This document shows, one piece after another, positions 48,844 through 62,232 of a stretch of DNA of 64,000 nt; the stretch's first letter is position 1; each line of letters starts with the position of its first letter. Below the pieces are notes generated by a model. The model was not told where the DNA came from, searched no databases, and saw only the letters and a list, made by a program, of their open reading frames with translations. The translations under genes were made by a program, and so were the position numbers. Source of the stretch: Lama glama (Eukaryota); contig CM052827.1 in the NCBI GenBank assembly GCA_028534125.1, positions 46,562,001 through 46,626,000 of the forward strand. Direction: 5' to 3'.

Positions 48844-49346
48844 TGTCTAGATTGGGGTTCGCAAATCCACCCTCAGCTTTGGTGACTTGCTCGAAGGTCT
48901 CAGAGGACTCAGAAGCAGCTATCAGTTCTGATTCAGTACAGCACAGGGACACAAAGCAGAGTCAGCACAGAGTAGAGACTCGGGCTGCGTCTGAGGAAAC
49001 CTCAAGACTCCTCTCCAGGCACGGCCACACGGGACTCACTTTACTCCTCCCGCACCAGACTGAACGCACGTGTGGAATGTGGTCTACCAGGGACGCTCCT
49101 TAGAGACTCAAGAGTCCAAGGGTTTTATTTGGGGCTGGTCACATAGGCACCCTCTATCTTACACAAGCCCAAATTCCAAACTCCTAGCGGGAAAGCCAGT
49201 GCTCAGCATAAACCACAGAATTTAGGCACATTCCCTTCTCAGTTCTTGGAATGGTGCGAACCCTCCCGAAACCTAAGTTCCCAGATGCCAGCCAAGGACC
49301 AACCTGGCAAGCAGGCCGTTCCCAGCACTGTTAACTGTTTTCTGCG
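48844..49346 (-). mobile_element. Solo LTR, ERVL class (MER68/MER77-like)
   Basis: Recalled consensus blocks TCTACCAGGGA.GCTC.TTAGAGACTCA, GGGGCTGGTCACATAGGCACCCTCT, TCAGCATAAACCAC and AAGTTCCCAGATGCCAGCCAAGG; subfamily uncertain. Confidence 0.7.
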
Positions 49347-50178
49347 TCTTGGGTGGTGCCAGCTTCTGCCCTTTCCCACATATACACAGAGCACCTCACA
49401 CCAAAGAACGGCTGTCCATATATCCACAGTTCCATTTGGAGCAAACAAATCTACTCAGAGACCACAAGCAGAAGAATGTACAGTTCTTTGGAACACACGT
49501 TATGCTCCAAAGAATGAAATATGAACTGAACATGATAAATTATATGATTAAACTTAACCAATGTAAGATTGTAGGACTATTATGTGACTATATTGTGTGA
49601 TTCATCTACGAATGATTATACTACTATGTGTATAAAACAGGCAGCTAACTCTAAATCAGTATTTTTTCACATATGATTTGTGTCCTGTTCCCTGTGGTTG
49701 CCCATCCTCAAAAAAACAGAAGAAGACATGCAGGGCTGCTAATTGTACAACTTACAGTGTGAACGATATCCCCTGGGGTTGTGCAGTGAGGTTGCCTAGA
49801 CATCTAGTTCTTGTCTTTCTGCTTCGTTTAAACAAAAAAGCAGCTTATTTGAAACTTTTAAAAAATTATAATGGTAATGTATGTTTATTGTAGAAAATTT
49901 CAAAAATACAGAAAAGTGTAATTTTAAAAATCCCTGTTAGCTCTGTTACTTAGGGATAAGTGTTTAGTCTCTCTAGCCACCCTCCACCACCCCAGTCCTC
50001 CCTCCTCTGCCCATCTCAGCTGTCCAAAGAAAAATTCATGTGATTTTTGGGAAACACCATACGTTACATCTTCTTGAAAATTTGAGAAGGCACAGTTTGA
50101 ATATGCAGATAATATATTCTGTGCAGGCCTTGGATAGTAATCGGTTAAAGTTAATGTGATCATATTTGACCTTTGCAG

Positions 50179-50278
50179 GGTCGACAGGAAGATGCTGAGG
50201 AGTACTTAGGCTTCATTTTAAATGGACTTCACGAGGAAATGTTGAACCTAAAGAAACTTCTCTCACCAAATAATGAAA
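50179..50278 (+). CDS. USP10: USP10 exon 9 ([34 protein letters not shown])
   Basis: ttgcag|GGT...GAA A|gtaggt, 100 nt, USP QED box. Confidence 0.98.
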
Positions 50279-51000
50279 GTAGGTTACTGTGTACTTGCTG
50301 CAAAATTGTGTGAGAACATTTTCTTAAGAGTTATTTTAAAATAAATGTTACATATACACTCATATATTAAGTTGCCTTTTCCCTAACAGTCACTTGCCCT
50401 TCAGAAATCACTTATTTGCTAACTAAGATAACTAGTTACTTTTACACTGCTGTTGTTACCATTGAGAATATTACCTTTGGGTATTTAAAAATTTGTCCAG
50501 AACCTCTGCTTTTTTCCCTTCAGTCTTTAATTAGGAAAATAATTAAACATACAGAAAAGCTGAAAGAATAGTTTGATGAATACCTGTATAACCTCTGGAT
50601 TCTGCAGTTGTTACCACATTGTCCTTATTTATCCCCTCCCCCCCCGCAACATTTTCCCCCAGATGATTCAAAACTAGGTTGCAGATGACAGTTCAACCCT
50701 AAATGGTAAATCATGGGTCTTCTGAGTTAAGGGTAACGCTCCTACTTGACCAGAGTCCCTTAGCAAATCAGGGATCCTGACTGCAGTTACACAGTGTTAC
50801 CTGCCCCCTGGCCGAGTTGAGTCCTCCCGTGGTCACGCTCGCAGGGACCCAGTACAGTCCACGTAGTGCCTTTCTCCTCAGTGTAGAGCACACCATGATT
50901 TCATTTTTAAAGCTCCAGTTGACGTATCTGCATAGGTGGTTTATTTTTACTTTTTGCTCTTCTTGTAAATGGTAGTCTAAGCAGACTGTCTACTTTTCAG

Positions 51001-51178
51001 AACTTACTGTTTCCAATGGACCCAAAAGCCACTCGGTGAATGAAGAAGAGCAGGAAGAACCAGGCGAAGGAAGTGAGGACGAATGGGAGCAAGTGGGTCC
51101 CAGAAATAAGACTTCGGTCACTCGCCAGGCGGACTTTGTTCAGACCCCGATCACTGGCATTTTTGGTGGACACATCAG
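51001..51178 (+). CDS. USP10: USP10 exon 10 ([59 protein letters not shown])
   Basis: ttttcag|AA CTT...ATC AG|gtttta, 178 nt. Confidence 0.97.
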
Positions 51179-53673
51179 GTTTTATACTTTTCTGGAATAA
51201 TTTAGCATTTGCCTTTCTCAGGATTTTGCCATCTTGCTGGAGGGGGTGGAGTGTGAGATTTGTCCTGAGAAATTTTGGACTTGATGGTTTGCCTTTACTC
51301 TGTGCTTGCTCTTTCTTAGACTTGCTGATGCTCCTTCCAGGTCATGTTCCTGCAGAGAGCACTGTCCCTTGGCGTGCCTGCCACAGTGGGCTCCTCCCTG
51401 CCCCCGCCCTCCATCTGTCTGGCTGCTCACAGGCAGCTGGGGAGGGCAGGACAGGTTAATTGAAATGCACCTTTTGTTAGGAAAAGAAATTCATGTATCT
51501 GATTGGAGGAGTTCTAGGCACTGGACCCAAGTGAGCTAGGAAGTTAAGGGAATGAGGAGGGAGGTATTTTTACATAAAGGACACTTGACCGCCTGGCGCA
51601 CCTCTGCCCCAGTTCCCTTAAACCAGCTGCTTTTGGCTCACCCATGGAAACCTAGAAGATTTTTATTTATTTACATTAGAAACATTCACTACCACCATGA
51701 TGTGGAACTCAGTAGAACTTGCTCCTACTCCAGTGGGGTTTACTCATCCAGAGTCTGGAAGGACCTCATTATAGCATTTCTTCTAAAAGCCTCAGAGCAT
51801 AGCCTACTAGAGTGTTTTTTTTGTTTTTGTATTTTTAAAGTGAAACTCTTAGCCTTTCATTGTCCCAAATGCTATGTATTTTAAAGATGTAACACCCTCA
51901 TGAAGGCACTGAAAGTTAATCTCTCTGCTCTAAAACAGCTTAGACTTAGTGCCTTTCAACAGGCTAGTAAAAACCTCAGAAAATCTGCCGACCGTCTCAC
52001 CAGCTGGTCAGCGATGCTTGTGGGACTGGGCTAGAAGCCAGTCCTGCCGGCACGTGACCTGGAACAGTCCTCTCTGTGCTCTGACTCTGCAGGTCCCTTT
52101 CTGGTCTGGAGCGTCTGGTCAGGTGTGCTCTAGGGGACACTTAGCCCCACCACTGCCACTGTAACTTGTTTTTGCCAGATACATTTCCTTGGGATGGGCT
52201 CTTTAGGGAGAGGGTTCCAGGGGTCCATGTTGTGAACCGTGGTGAGAGGAGGCTATCTGTGCCCTTGGCTGTTCATTAGACCAGCAGCCTGCTGCTTGCA
52301 TCTCGGGGTGCTCACTGAGGGTGGGGGAGGAAGGAGGGCACCCCCAGTGGGTGTGACAAGAGCTCCATGTTTGTATGCAGGTGCAGCACCAGAATTGCAA
52401 GGCCACCAGTGGTCACCATACTCAAAGATCCCAAATTTGAAAATAACCAGTGGGAAAACCCAGAATCCACTTCAGAGAAATTTCTAGCTTGCCCCAAATG
52501 TCTCTGCTGCGGCCCTGTAGCCTCACCCTCTGTGGGCACTTTGTGTTGAAATTGGTTGCTGTCTGTTTTTGAAAAGCAGTAAAGCAAAGATAAGGAACTA
52601 CTTCCTATAATTTAGGGACTTCTTTTCTGTGTATAGTGGTCACCATTAAGCATGATTCTTTATTAAGACCAGCTGAAAGGTTTTTCTAAAATTCACCCAT
52701 TTCCAGTGGGCTTTCAGTTTCTCCAGAAAGACCAACAGCACTTTCTCTACCTTTTCCACCCTTTTGATTAAATCCAGGCCCTTTGAGATGAAAGGTCCAT
52801 CTCTTCATTTTTTCGCCGACTTTAATCACTGCTTTGGAACCGAGGGAACGGCCCTCACTCAGTCTTCCTTTTCAGAAGTGGCCTGGAAGTGCTCCCCATC
52901 CTGTGTGTCAAGAAAGCAGCGAGTGAGGGTGAAACCCTGGCGGGAAAACTGCTCGCTTATTCTTCACGGCAGCCGTCTTGTTGGTTCTGAATACCTGTCC
53001 ACCCCCTTTACCCCATGTGTAAACTAGTTCGCGCAGACTGCAAAAACAGAATCTGGCACGTCTCCTTGCTGAGGCTAAATGAGAGATGGGCTGAACACAC
53101 ATTTTTACTCAGTAAAACTTAGGAAAAGAAAAATGAAGTGAAAAACCAGCTAAGAAAACAAGGCTGAGCTGGCAGCCTCCTTGACGGTGGTGGCCGCCTG
53201 CCCGTGGCGCACACCCTGCTCCCCTTCCTCTGTAAGTCGTTCTCATAGGGGGAAAATGCCATCAGAAGTACTCTTTACTTTGGGGTTTCTTTCCTTTTGT
53301 TAGAACAGGCTGTGATACTTTGAGAAAATGATAAGTGTCAGTATTTTGATGCTGTGGCAAGATCATCACCTTTAGTAACTGGTGCATTAAATAAAGTGTG
53401 GAGGTGAAGGCGTTTGGCAGATGAAAAAGTCCTTCTTCCAGAGCTCTTAAGCAGGAAAATTATCAACTGGTGGATTGAGTTGCTAGAAATACTTTCAAGG
53501 TGGTATTGAGCAGAATTACTTTTAAATTCCATGTACTTTGGCTGTCCTGTCCTTGCTGGTCTCTGACAGTGATCCTGAATGCTTCTCCTTGCAGTGCTGG
53601 GTCCTCTTGTCCTGCTGGACGACCTTCCGGAGAGGGACGGCAGCTCTTAGATGTGGTGTGTTTCTGTCCTCAG

Positions 53674-53839
53674 GTCTGTGGTTTACCAGCAGAGTTCAAA
53701 AGAGTCCGCCACCCTGCAGCCGTTCTTCACATTGCAGTTGGATATCCAGTCCGACAAGATCCGCACAGTCCAGGACGCGTTGGAGAGCCTGGTGGCGAGA
53801 GAGTCTGTCCAAGGTTACACCACAAAAACCAAACAAGAG
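53674..53839 (+). CDS. USP10: USP10 exon 11 ([55 protein letters not shown])
   Basis: cctcag|G TCT...GAG|gtgtgt, 166 nt. Confidence 0.97.
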
Positions 53840-56668
53840 GTGTGTTCACAGTGGGTCTTGAGCCTCTCTCCTGGGACACTCTGCTGTGAGGGAGGGAGCA
53901 CAGGATCCAGAATGAAGAGAGTGGGTTTGAGCTCTGCCTCTTAAATTGGTTGCTTAACTTTTTTGGACTGAAAGCTTCCACATTTTTAGAATGAAATGAT
54001 TTTTAAAATGAAATGGTAGAAACAGATGATCCTCAGAGCCTCCTTTGGCTCTAAGTCATGTAACGTGGTCGTGATCTTTTGGGTTCTTTATGCTGAGCTG
54101 CATTTCGTTTTCTGGCAAATCTAGTCATGGCCCCACACAATCTACCTCTAACAGGCCCAGTAGCTGATTTACATTCCTGATACCACAGAGGACAGTTTCA
54201 TGAGATCAGTTAGGATATAAAAGATATTCTAAACACATCTAGTTTGCATTTGGCTGTATATCTTCAGGGACACTGAGAAATAGAAGGTAATTGTTTTGGT
54301 GGCTATTTTTCTTTGATTTGATTTGAAAAAGGTAAACTCTTTGAGTCTTCCTGTCTTCAGGAGCCAAGAGGAAGTATACCTGCCAGCTCCGTCAGGAGAG
54401 ACTGACGATACTCTGCACCCTGAGAGCTCATTAGTTGCTGGCTGTCCAGATGTGCCAGTCTGTGCCCGTTTCCTCTGCTGCAGTAGAGAGTATCTTCTCT
54501 GTTCTGTACCTTAGATTGTGGCAGTGAATTCATAAAGTGTGTTGGGGAGGTGGATGCAGGCTAGTTAGGACAGTGCTTTGACGGTTGGGAGTATTCCTTT
54601 GAAGCTTGATTTACATGGTCATGTGTAGTGGCCACACGGTGAGCCAGAGCCCAGCACAGAAACCTGGCCCTTGCCTTGCAGCTCCTGCTGCACGTGAGGA
54701 AGAGCAAAGGCTGGGCATGGAGACCTTCAGCTCTCCTGGGCGCTCCTACTTTGGATCGGTCAGGCCAGCCTCTTGGGGGATCTGTAGAAGTTATGCCTAA
54801 TCTTCCACCAGGCTTTCTGATTGCTTTTTGTGGGCACTTTTGTTCAGACAGTGAGAGTAGCGGGAGCTGGAGCAGAGTCTTGGCAGGTGGCTTAGAGAAA
54901 AAGCTGAGTCTGGTGGTGGGACCTGTTGGAAGAGAAGGGATAGGAGGTACCTACTCTTGGAGCTCAGTTAGTGTGGCCAGATTATGTACGAGGCTGTGGG
55001 GACTGGGCACTGGGGCAGCTGTCATTCCAGCGGTGGCACTGCTGTCCTGTGGCTCTGCTGCTCTTCTGGCACCTCCCTTGGAGCTGGCTTCCTGAGTCCG
55101 TGGCCACTGGTCCTGGGGGAGGCGGTCAGCCTTTCCCTGGGCTACCAGGAAGGCCTCTGGTGACATGTCTGTCTCCCTCTTTGGCTCTTGCTGCAGTTAA
55201 ACTGCCTTTTCGGGGTGGGCAGGGTGGGGCATGTGCTGATGGAGGTAGTGGTGGTTGTGGTTGTTGGCCAGTGGTCAGAGAGTGGTGAGGAAAAGGTGGT
55301 TTATTCTAGATAGCAGGAAGAATTCAAGAAAGAGGTGGCATTTTGGTGGAACCTTGAAGATGGCAGAGAAGGATGCTGACTTGTTCTAGCTTCATGACTG
55401 CTGTAGTGTCAGGAACACCGGGAAGGCGGCAGGGGTTTGAGGAAGGAGAATTTTGGACATCTTGTACAGCTGTCTGTGAAGCGCAAGTCACATGTTTTCT
55501 GGAATGTGATTTTTTTTTTAATTTACTTTGTAAAGTACCAAATTTAATTTTACTGTATTTTTAGGTCAAATTTTTTTTTCCTATGGGAACACATGAAGAT
55601 CCACGGGAAATTTCATTATACAAAACAGTAGCTGTATAATAAAGGTCTGGATTTTTTTGGGTGATTAGAAAGTGTGCCTTGATACATCTGGAAACCCAGA
55701 ACACGTAGTTAAGAATTTCAGATAAGCCACTTAGCAGAGTCACAGGTTGCTAGCCCCGAGAAACCGTCTAGGGGTGCTGTAGTCAGACTCTCATTTCACA
55801 GGTGAGAAAGCTGGAGTCTTTTCATCACCATTGCTGATTTAATGTGGAGCTGTAGTCACACTTTTTATTCACTCGCAAATTATTGTTGGGTGTGAGGCAC
55901 TGGACTACAGAGTCTTGATGGGAAGACAGGTGTAGAAGGGTCTATAAACTTAATAAACCCCAGCAGTGGTAACCACTAGGCTTGCTTCCACGCCTGGCAC
56001 CCCTCAGACACCTTCAACCAAATACGTATAAAGTCCTCTGAAAGCTTTCTGGGTATTTTTTTAAATATGCCACTGTGTTTTGAGTTGTCACTTCTAACAA
56101 ATATTTCTACAGAAAGTATTTTTCATGTAAATACAGGAAGCACCAATAGTTTGTAAGTACAGAGAACAGCAAATAAAAGAGTTAAGTATTGTTTGTGAAG
56201 ATGCATTTTAATAAAAAGCATTCGTTAGACCTGTGAGGGTACTTAAGAGGCATTTTTCAGTTGATAAAACCAAAACTTACAGAACTAATGGTTAGACTAA
56301 ACAGCTTTAGGGTTATTTAAAGCATCTAATTCAAGAAACACTGGCCTTAGTTTTATCAATACTGTGAGAGTTATTAAAAATAAGCAATTCATGGTATTGC
56401 TAAGTTAGCTTTTAATTTTTATGCCAGTAGAACAAAGGTTCTTAACTTGGCCCAGGGACCTGAGGGATCCTCTGCAGTTGTGTTTAAAGGGATATGTGCA
56501 TTTTTTTTTTTTTTTTCAAAGAAGAATGTCTGTAGCTCTCAAAAGACCCTGTGACTTGGGAAGGTTTCAGAAGCGCTGCCCCGGAACTTAGAGCCTTTGA
56601 ATGGACAGTGGCCATGGAGCCTGCTGCCTGGGGTGAGACGCCCTTGTCTTGTGTGCTTTGTGTCTCAG

Positions 56669-56813
56669 GTTGAGATCAGTCGAAGAGTGACTCTGGAGAA
56701 ACTCCCTCCTGTTCTTGTCCTGCATCTGAAACGATTTGTTTATGAGAAGACGGGTGGATGCCAGAAGCTTATCAAAAACATTGAGTATCCTGTGGACTTG
56801 GAAATTAGTAAAG
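56669..56813 (+). CDS. USP10: USP10 exon 12 ([49 protein letters not shown])
   Basis: tctcag|GTT...AAA G|gtaatg, 145 nt, USP [12 protein letters not shown] motif. Confidence 0.98.
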
Positions 56814-57913
56814 GTAATGAATATTTAAAGTACAAGCTTTTATAGTGACAGTACTCTGGAAATCAGTGAGCCCTTGATGCTTCAGCATTTCTGTGTAATG
56901 TCAAGATTCAGGAAATTCCCTATCGTGACTTTGTTTTGTTTTGTTTTAAATTTCGTGACTTTTAATAGGCTTTATCTTAAAATTCTCATTAAAATGGACT
57001 TTTAAAAATAAAGGCAAAAATGAATAAACCATGTGAACTTATTACTAGGTGAGAAAAATGTTTTAAAAAATAGAAATTTTATAGATGAATAATTTACCTT
57101 ATACGAAGTATTAACAGCTGTGTGGACCAGCTGAGAATCTTGTTCTGGATTGTTCTGTTTTGCATGGATGTCCAAAAGTATGGAGCAAAAACTGAGCCCA
57201 GCAGGCGTCCTACATCTTCCAGCGCCCCTAGGTTAACCATCTGGGTGGATTGACGTGTATGATTTTTTAGACTGGTCTTATTAGCTTGTCTTTTCTTGTT
57301 ACATGTATTTTTATATCAGCTGCCACCTCAGATGCTTTCTAGATAGAGAAATGACCTAAGTGAGGATGCTGGGTGCGGTGGGATAGCCTAGATCATGGAG
57401 TGGACTAGAGCTCCTCCAGGGTTCACCTGGCGCCTCTGCAAAGAGGAAACCACCTGCATCAAGGGTGAAGGATGTCCCAGTCACCCCGGCTGCATGACTA
57501 GCAGCCTAGTCTTTGCAGAAACCATCTTACTGTTAATTGAAGTGTTGTGGTCTGATTCACATGTAGAACATTTTAAATCTTAGGCTTTCCAAGGCTGCTT
57601 TGTTTTGTTTTGTTTTGTTATTTTCAAGTGGGCAGCTTTCTCCTGTTTTTCAGAACATCTACTTGTAAGGAGTTTCTAGTAGGAGCTGAAGAGGCTCAGG
57701 TTATTGCTCCTGTCCTTCTGATTGGGTGGGTTGCTGGTGACATGCACTGCTATAGTGCACACCTGGATTTCGTTGGGGCTCAGTTTTTATGCAGAGAAAG
57801 GGATGGAATTCTGTTGGGTCACTCTGGTCCCCTGGATGGATTACCTTTTGTTTCTGTGAGGCCCTTCTGTAAGTACTTTTATAGATTGAAGCTATTGATA
57901 TTTTGTTTTTCAG

Positions 57914-57979
57914 AACTGCTTTCTCCAGGTGTTAAAAATAAGAATTTTAAATGCCACAGAACCTATAGGCTATTTGCAG
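57914..57979 (+). CDS. USP10: USP10 exon 13 ([22 protein letters not shown])
   Basis: ttttcag|AA CTG...GCA G|gtaagt, 66 nt. Confidence 0.97.
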
Positions 57980-60900
57980 GTAAGTAAATTTGTGTAACAT
58001 TACTTCCCTATTAAAGCAATGATAAAAAGGGTTTATACTCAGGCACAATTTTGCTATGATACTGCTTAACATAGAGAATAGATTTTTGGTATCTCTGTGG
58101 TCTTTGTAAGTCAGAAAATCATTTGAAAATGTGTGTTTTACCTAAAATTTGATGTGTTTGGAATTTGACAATATGCTCTTGGCTGTAAGCTCAGCTCAAC
58201 CTAAGACCTCGTTAGCACGATTCTTTGTCTTTGAGTCAGAGGAGTGAGGTTGGCAGGCTGGCACTTTGACAAGTGTGAACCTTCCCAGCTACAGTCATGG
58301 TGCCTATGGGGTGACAGTGACGCGGAGTGGCCCAAGCGAGGCCAGACTGGCATCCAGCTTGTCCTCCCTGTGTGGTGCCGCTAGGTGTGCATGACATGGT
58401 GGCCCAGCATGGGGGCTCCTCAGTCCCAGAACTGGGGGCCCTGAGACCTCCTGTCTCCTGGCTGGGCTCCTTTGGGAACCAGCTTGTCTCCTGCGCCTTC
58501 TCTCCTTCCTCCAGCCTCTTTCTCTTTTACAGCTTGAGTCTGTTACGCCTTTTGAACAAAGCTTTGTATGTCTTTTAAGAGTTGGTGTTTGCAACAATTG
58601 TGTTTGCTTTTCTGGCTGTTTTTATTAGAATTTTCTAGCTTCTGTATCACCTCTGGTGTTGCCTCCAGTGAGCCTGTTTGTAATTTTAAATGACACTGTT
58701 CTTCATTGACCTTCACACATTTGTTGAACTTTTTTACTGGATACTTTTTATGTAGTACTCCTCTGTTCCTTCATCTATCCTGAGAGGTAAGTGGAGGTAT
58801 CCACATTGTATAAAAGAATAAACTGACACTCATAGGGGAGCATTCACCCTTAAGTGGTGGAGCAGGGCTGCATATTCCTGCCCTTGGCCCACTGCTGAGG
58901 TTTTAGGATAGTGGACTGGGCACTGTCAATGGATGGATTTGGTGCCACATTAGAGTTTGGGTCCAGCCAGCTCTTTCTTCCCACCAGTACTCTTCCTGCA
59001 ACTTTCTCTTCTCCCTGAGGTGGCTGATCCCAGCCTTGTCCCAACCTGCTGGGCACCGCATTGTCAGGATGTGTCCAGCCTCTCCTGGACCCACCTTGGG
59101 CTGGAAGCTCTGAGGCCTCGGCTGATGCCCAGGCTCTGCAGCCTGCAGCCTGCCTCTGAGACCAGATGGGTCCCAGTGTCCAGCTAGGGATTTGGCACTG
59201 AGGTCCCGGGGGATAAAGTATTTCTTTGGGTCTCCCTGCAGCTCTCCTCCCTTGGGGCCCTCGCCGGGGAAGGTGATGTTAGGGGCAAAGTTTAGGAAGT
59301 CCTTGTCTTCTGGTCCAAGGGCCCTGGTGTGAGTGTGCACTCCCCTGCCTGCACCCCCAGTCCTCATCGAGAGTCTTCTCATCTCAGAAATAAGGTCACT
59401 GGATTGGTTGCAATTTTCTGTAAAATGTGAGTAAAGAGGTACTTTTAAAAAGTGATTCTGATTGTGGGGCAAAGAAAACACGTGTGAGCTTTTTGAAAAC
59501 TCTGATTCTCAGTTCTATGCCTGTGACAGGAGCTTGGACATGTCACCATGTTAGTTACTTGAGAAACCTGAATACGTGTGGAGAGCTCTTCTCCTGAATG
59601 TTTAGAGTGAAGCATCTTGTAGGAAACACACATCAGTTAAACCCACAGGTCCCTTAAATACTGCTGACCTGGTCACTTAGAAAACCCTCTCATCCATGTC
59701 AGTTAGGTCTTGAAAGTGAAGATCCAGGACAGGAGCCCCCAGCTGGATTTGAGCTCAGAGGGACATGCTGGTGTCAGGGCCCCTGTTGCCCTGTGGCAGC
59801 TTCTCCATCGTCGTGGCCTGCAGCACGAGTTGAAGCCGTGACCTTGTGTTGTTCCCATTGCCGGTTTCTCACCTGATGGCCCTACAGTCTTGTTGTCCCT
59901 GTGTGACTAGTCCTGTTTGTTATTGGTGGGTGGGCCACAGTATCCGCTGAACCCCAGCACACAGGCCTCTTTGTGCAGAGCCTGGATCTGTCCAGAGACT
60001 GAGGCCACCGCTGTCACTCCCTCACCCGCCCAGGTCACCGGCTCAGAGTGAGTCTGACGTTCCTCAGAGTGCTGGCTATGGCCAGAGCACAGTGATGTTG
60101 AGGCGTGTTCATGGTTGAAATTTAGGCTGTCCCTCTCCAGGTGACTGTCCTTCATGCCACTCCTGGTAGTGCACGGTTCACCACAGCCGCACTGCCGTCC
60201 TCTGCCCCAGAGTCTCCCTAGAGACCGTTTCCGTCTCACAGGCGCATGTGTGCTGCTGGCAGGGCCGCCCCCGGCCCCTCCTCTTCATAGAGGGGGAAGG
60301 TGGTGTGTCTTCCAACAATTACGTTTGTTTTAGGCCTTTGACTCAGGCTTCTTGTGTAGGGTACAGGATTTTTTTAAAAAGTAAATAACAAGTGGTATTT
60401 TTTTCTCTTAAAACATGGTTGTAGAAAACATGGAAGTTTTTTTTAAAGGAAAAAATCATAATGACTAGTGCCATGTCTGCAGTCACTCCACTGCTGCCCA
60501 CTCGGCCCAGCAAAGCTGGGGCGGGCTGTCCTCATCATAGGTGACAGTCCACGGAAATCCTAGGGTTCTTGTATTTTCATGTAATGTAAGCGTATTCCGT
60601 CACCACCACACTCTATCTAATCTATGAAAAATTCATCTTATTGTAATGTAATGCACTAATCATTCCTTCTAGTGGGTATTTAGGCTTTCCATTTTTTCAC
60701 TTTGTCCAAGATTCAGACACTCTCTTGAGAACAGTCTAGAAGTGGAGTTGGCTCAATCAGGGCCTGATGTTTGGGGTCTGAGGTGTGTGTTCCCAGAGGT
60801 CGATTGGTTTGCACTGCTGATCGCTGGAAGTAGGGGTCGATGGTGCATCTCCTGTGTTGTGCTTAAACTTTAAGAAGTAAAGTCGTTGATAACCCCTGCC

Positions 60901-61023
60901 TAAAGGGCTGACGGATGGGACCACCTTATTTAACTGTCAGTTCTTTCATTGTTTATGAGGATTGAGCATTTTAAATGTTACTAAGATGTATATGTATAAC
61001 TTTCTATTGTAAATTGTTTCAGG

Positions 61024-61123
61024 GTTTGCGTTTAAATAACATGACTTTGTAATTCCATTTCTCTGTCCCGCCTGTTTGTGTTTAAATAACATGACTTTGT
61101 AATTCCATTTCTCTGTCCCGCCT
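61024..61123. repeat. 50-bp tandem duplication (2 copies, 49/50 identical)
   Basis: GTTTGYGTTTAAATAACATGACTTTGTAATTCCATTTCTCTGTCCCGCCT twice. Confidence 0.97.
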
Positions 61124-61236
61124 CCTTTGGTGTGGATGTTTTGCAAGAAAGTGGGATCTGTGGTGGGAGCCGTTAGCGCTGCTGGGCTGCCCGCTGCAGC
61201 GCTCCCCTGACTGGGCACCCGTCGGCTCTTTTGCAG

Positions 61237-61424
61237 TGGTCTACCACCACGGCAGCAGTGCAACGGGCGGGCACTACACCACAGACGTCTTCCAGATCGG
61301 TCTGAACGGCTGGCTGCGCATCGACGACCAGGCGGTCAAGGTGATCAGCCAGTACCAGGTGGTGAAGCCCGCTGCTGAGCGCACAGCCTACCTCCTGTAT
61401 TACCGCCGAGTGGACCTGTTGTAA
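61237..61424 (+). CDS. USP10: USP10 exon 14 coding part ([61 protein letters not shown]), catalytic His at 61272-61274
   Basis: ttgcag|TG GTC...TTG TAA; His box and the Asp pair of WLRIDD. Confidence 0.98.
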
Positions 61425-61966
61425 TGCCGCGCTGTGTGTGCCCAACGCCCGCCTGTGGAGCACCCACTCTTATGACTTCCTTCCTCTCTTTAGTGGCTCT
61501 TTAAAGAGAAACTCTCCCTTTTGCAAAAATGGGCTAGAATGAAAGGAGACGCCTTGGGGTTTGTGCACAAGATACTTTATGTTGACTTCTGACTTCCAAA
61601 TCAAAATCATTTGGTTGAAACAGACTGTCGCTTGATTTAAGAAAATACACAAAAAAACATATTTCTGAAATAATGCCGATTCCTGAGTAAGGAGAACTTG
61701 CATTGATTCCCAGTCTAATTGCATAGTAGAATAAATCCTGCACCAGCAACAATACTTGTAAATTTGTGAAAATGAATTTTATCTTTCCTTAAAAAATGAA
61801 TTTTTTAATCCATCACACCTTCCTTCCCCACCCTTTAGTTTTTGATAAGTGATAAAAATGAGCCAGTTACCAGAGAAGAAATAGTTCTTAAGAAAAATAA
61901 ACACAAGAAATAAGTTGCTGGTTCCTAACAGGAAAAATACATTTTAATAATTGTGCGATGAGAGCT

Positions 61967-62108
61967 NNNNNNNNNNNNNNNNNNNNNNNNNNNNNNNNNN
62001 NNNNNNNNNNNNNNNNNNNNNNNNNNNNNNNNNNNNNNNNNNNNNNNNNNNNNNNNNNNNNNNNNNNNNNNNNNNNNNNNNNNNNNNNNNNNNNNNNNNN
62101 NNNNNNNN
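61967..62108. other. Assembly gap (142 N)
   Basis: Run of N. Confidence 1.
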
Positions 62109-62226
62109 AAGATTGATATTTCCTTAAGTCTGCTCTGTTTAATTCTGCTGTCTGCTCTTCTACAGTGCCGCGTCTCTAACTGTACACAGTTTAGTGATAT
62201 CTAGGAGTATAAAGTTGTCGCCCATC

Positions 62227-62232
62227 AATAAA
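62227..62232 (+). terminator. Polyadenylation signal AATAAA (distal, probably the major site)
   Basis: AATAAA with an upstream TGTA (62181) and a downstream GU-rich tract ctgtgtgcggtgtttctttg (about 62254-62273). Weaker proximal AATAAA copies at 61730 and 61896. Confidence 0.8.

Noticed and set aside
58903-59481. 192-aa minus-strand ORF
   Set aside because: Intronic, GTG start, no recognisable family
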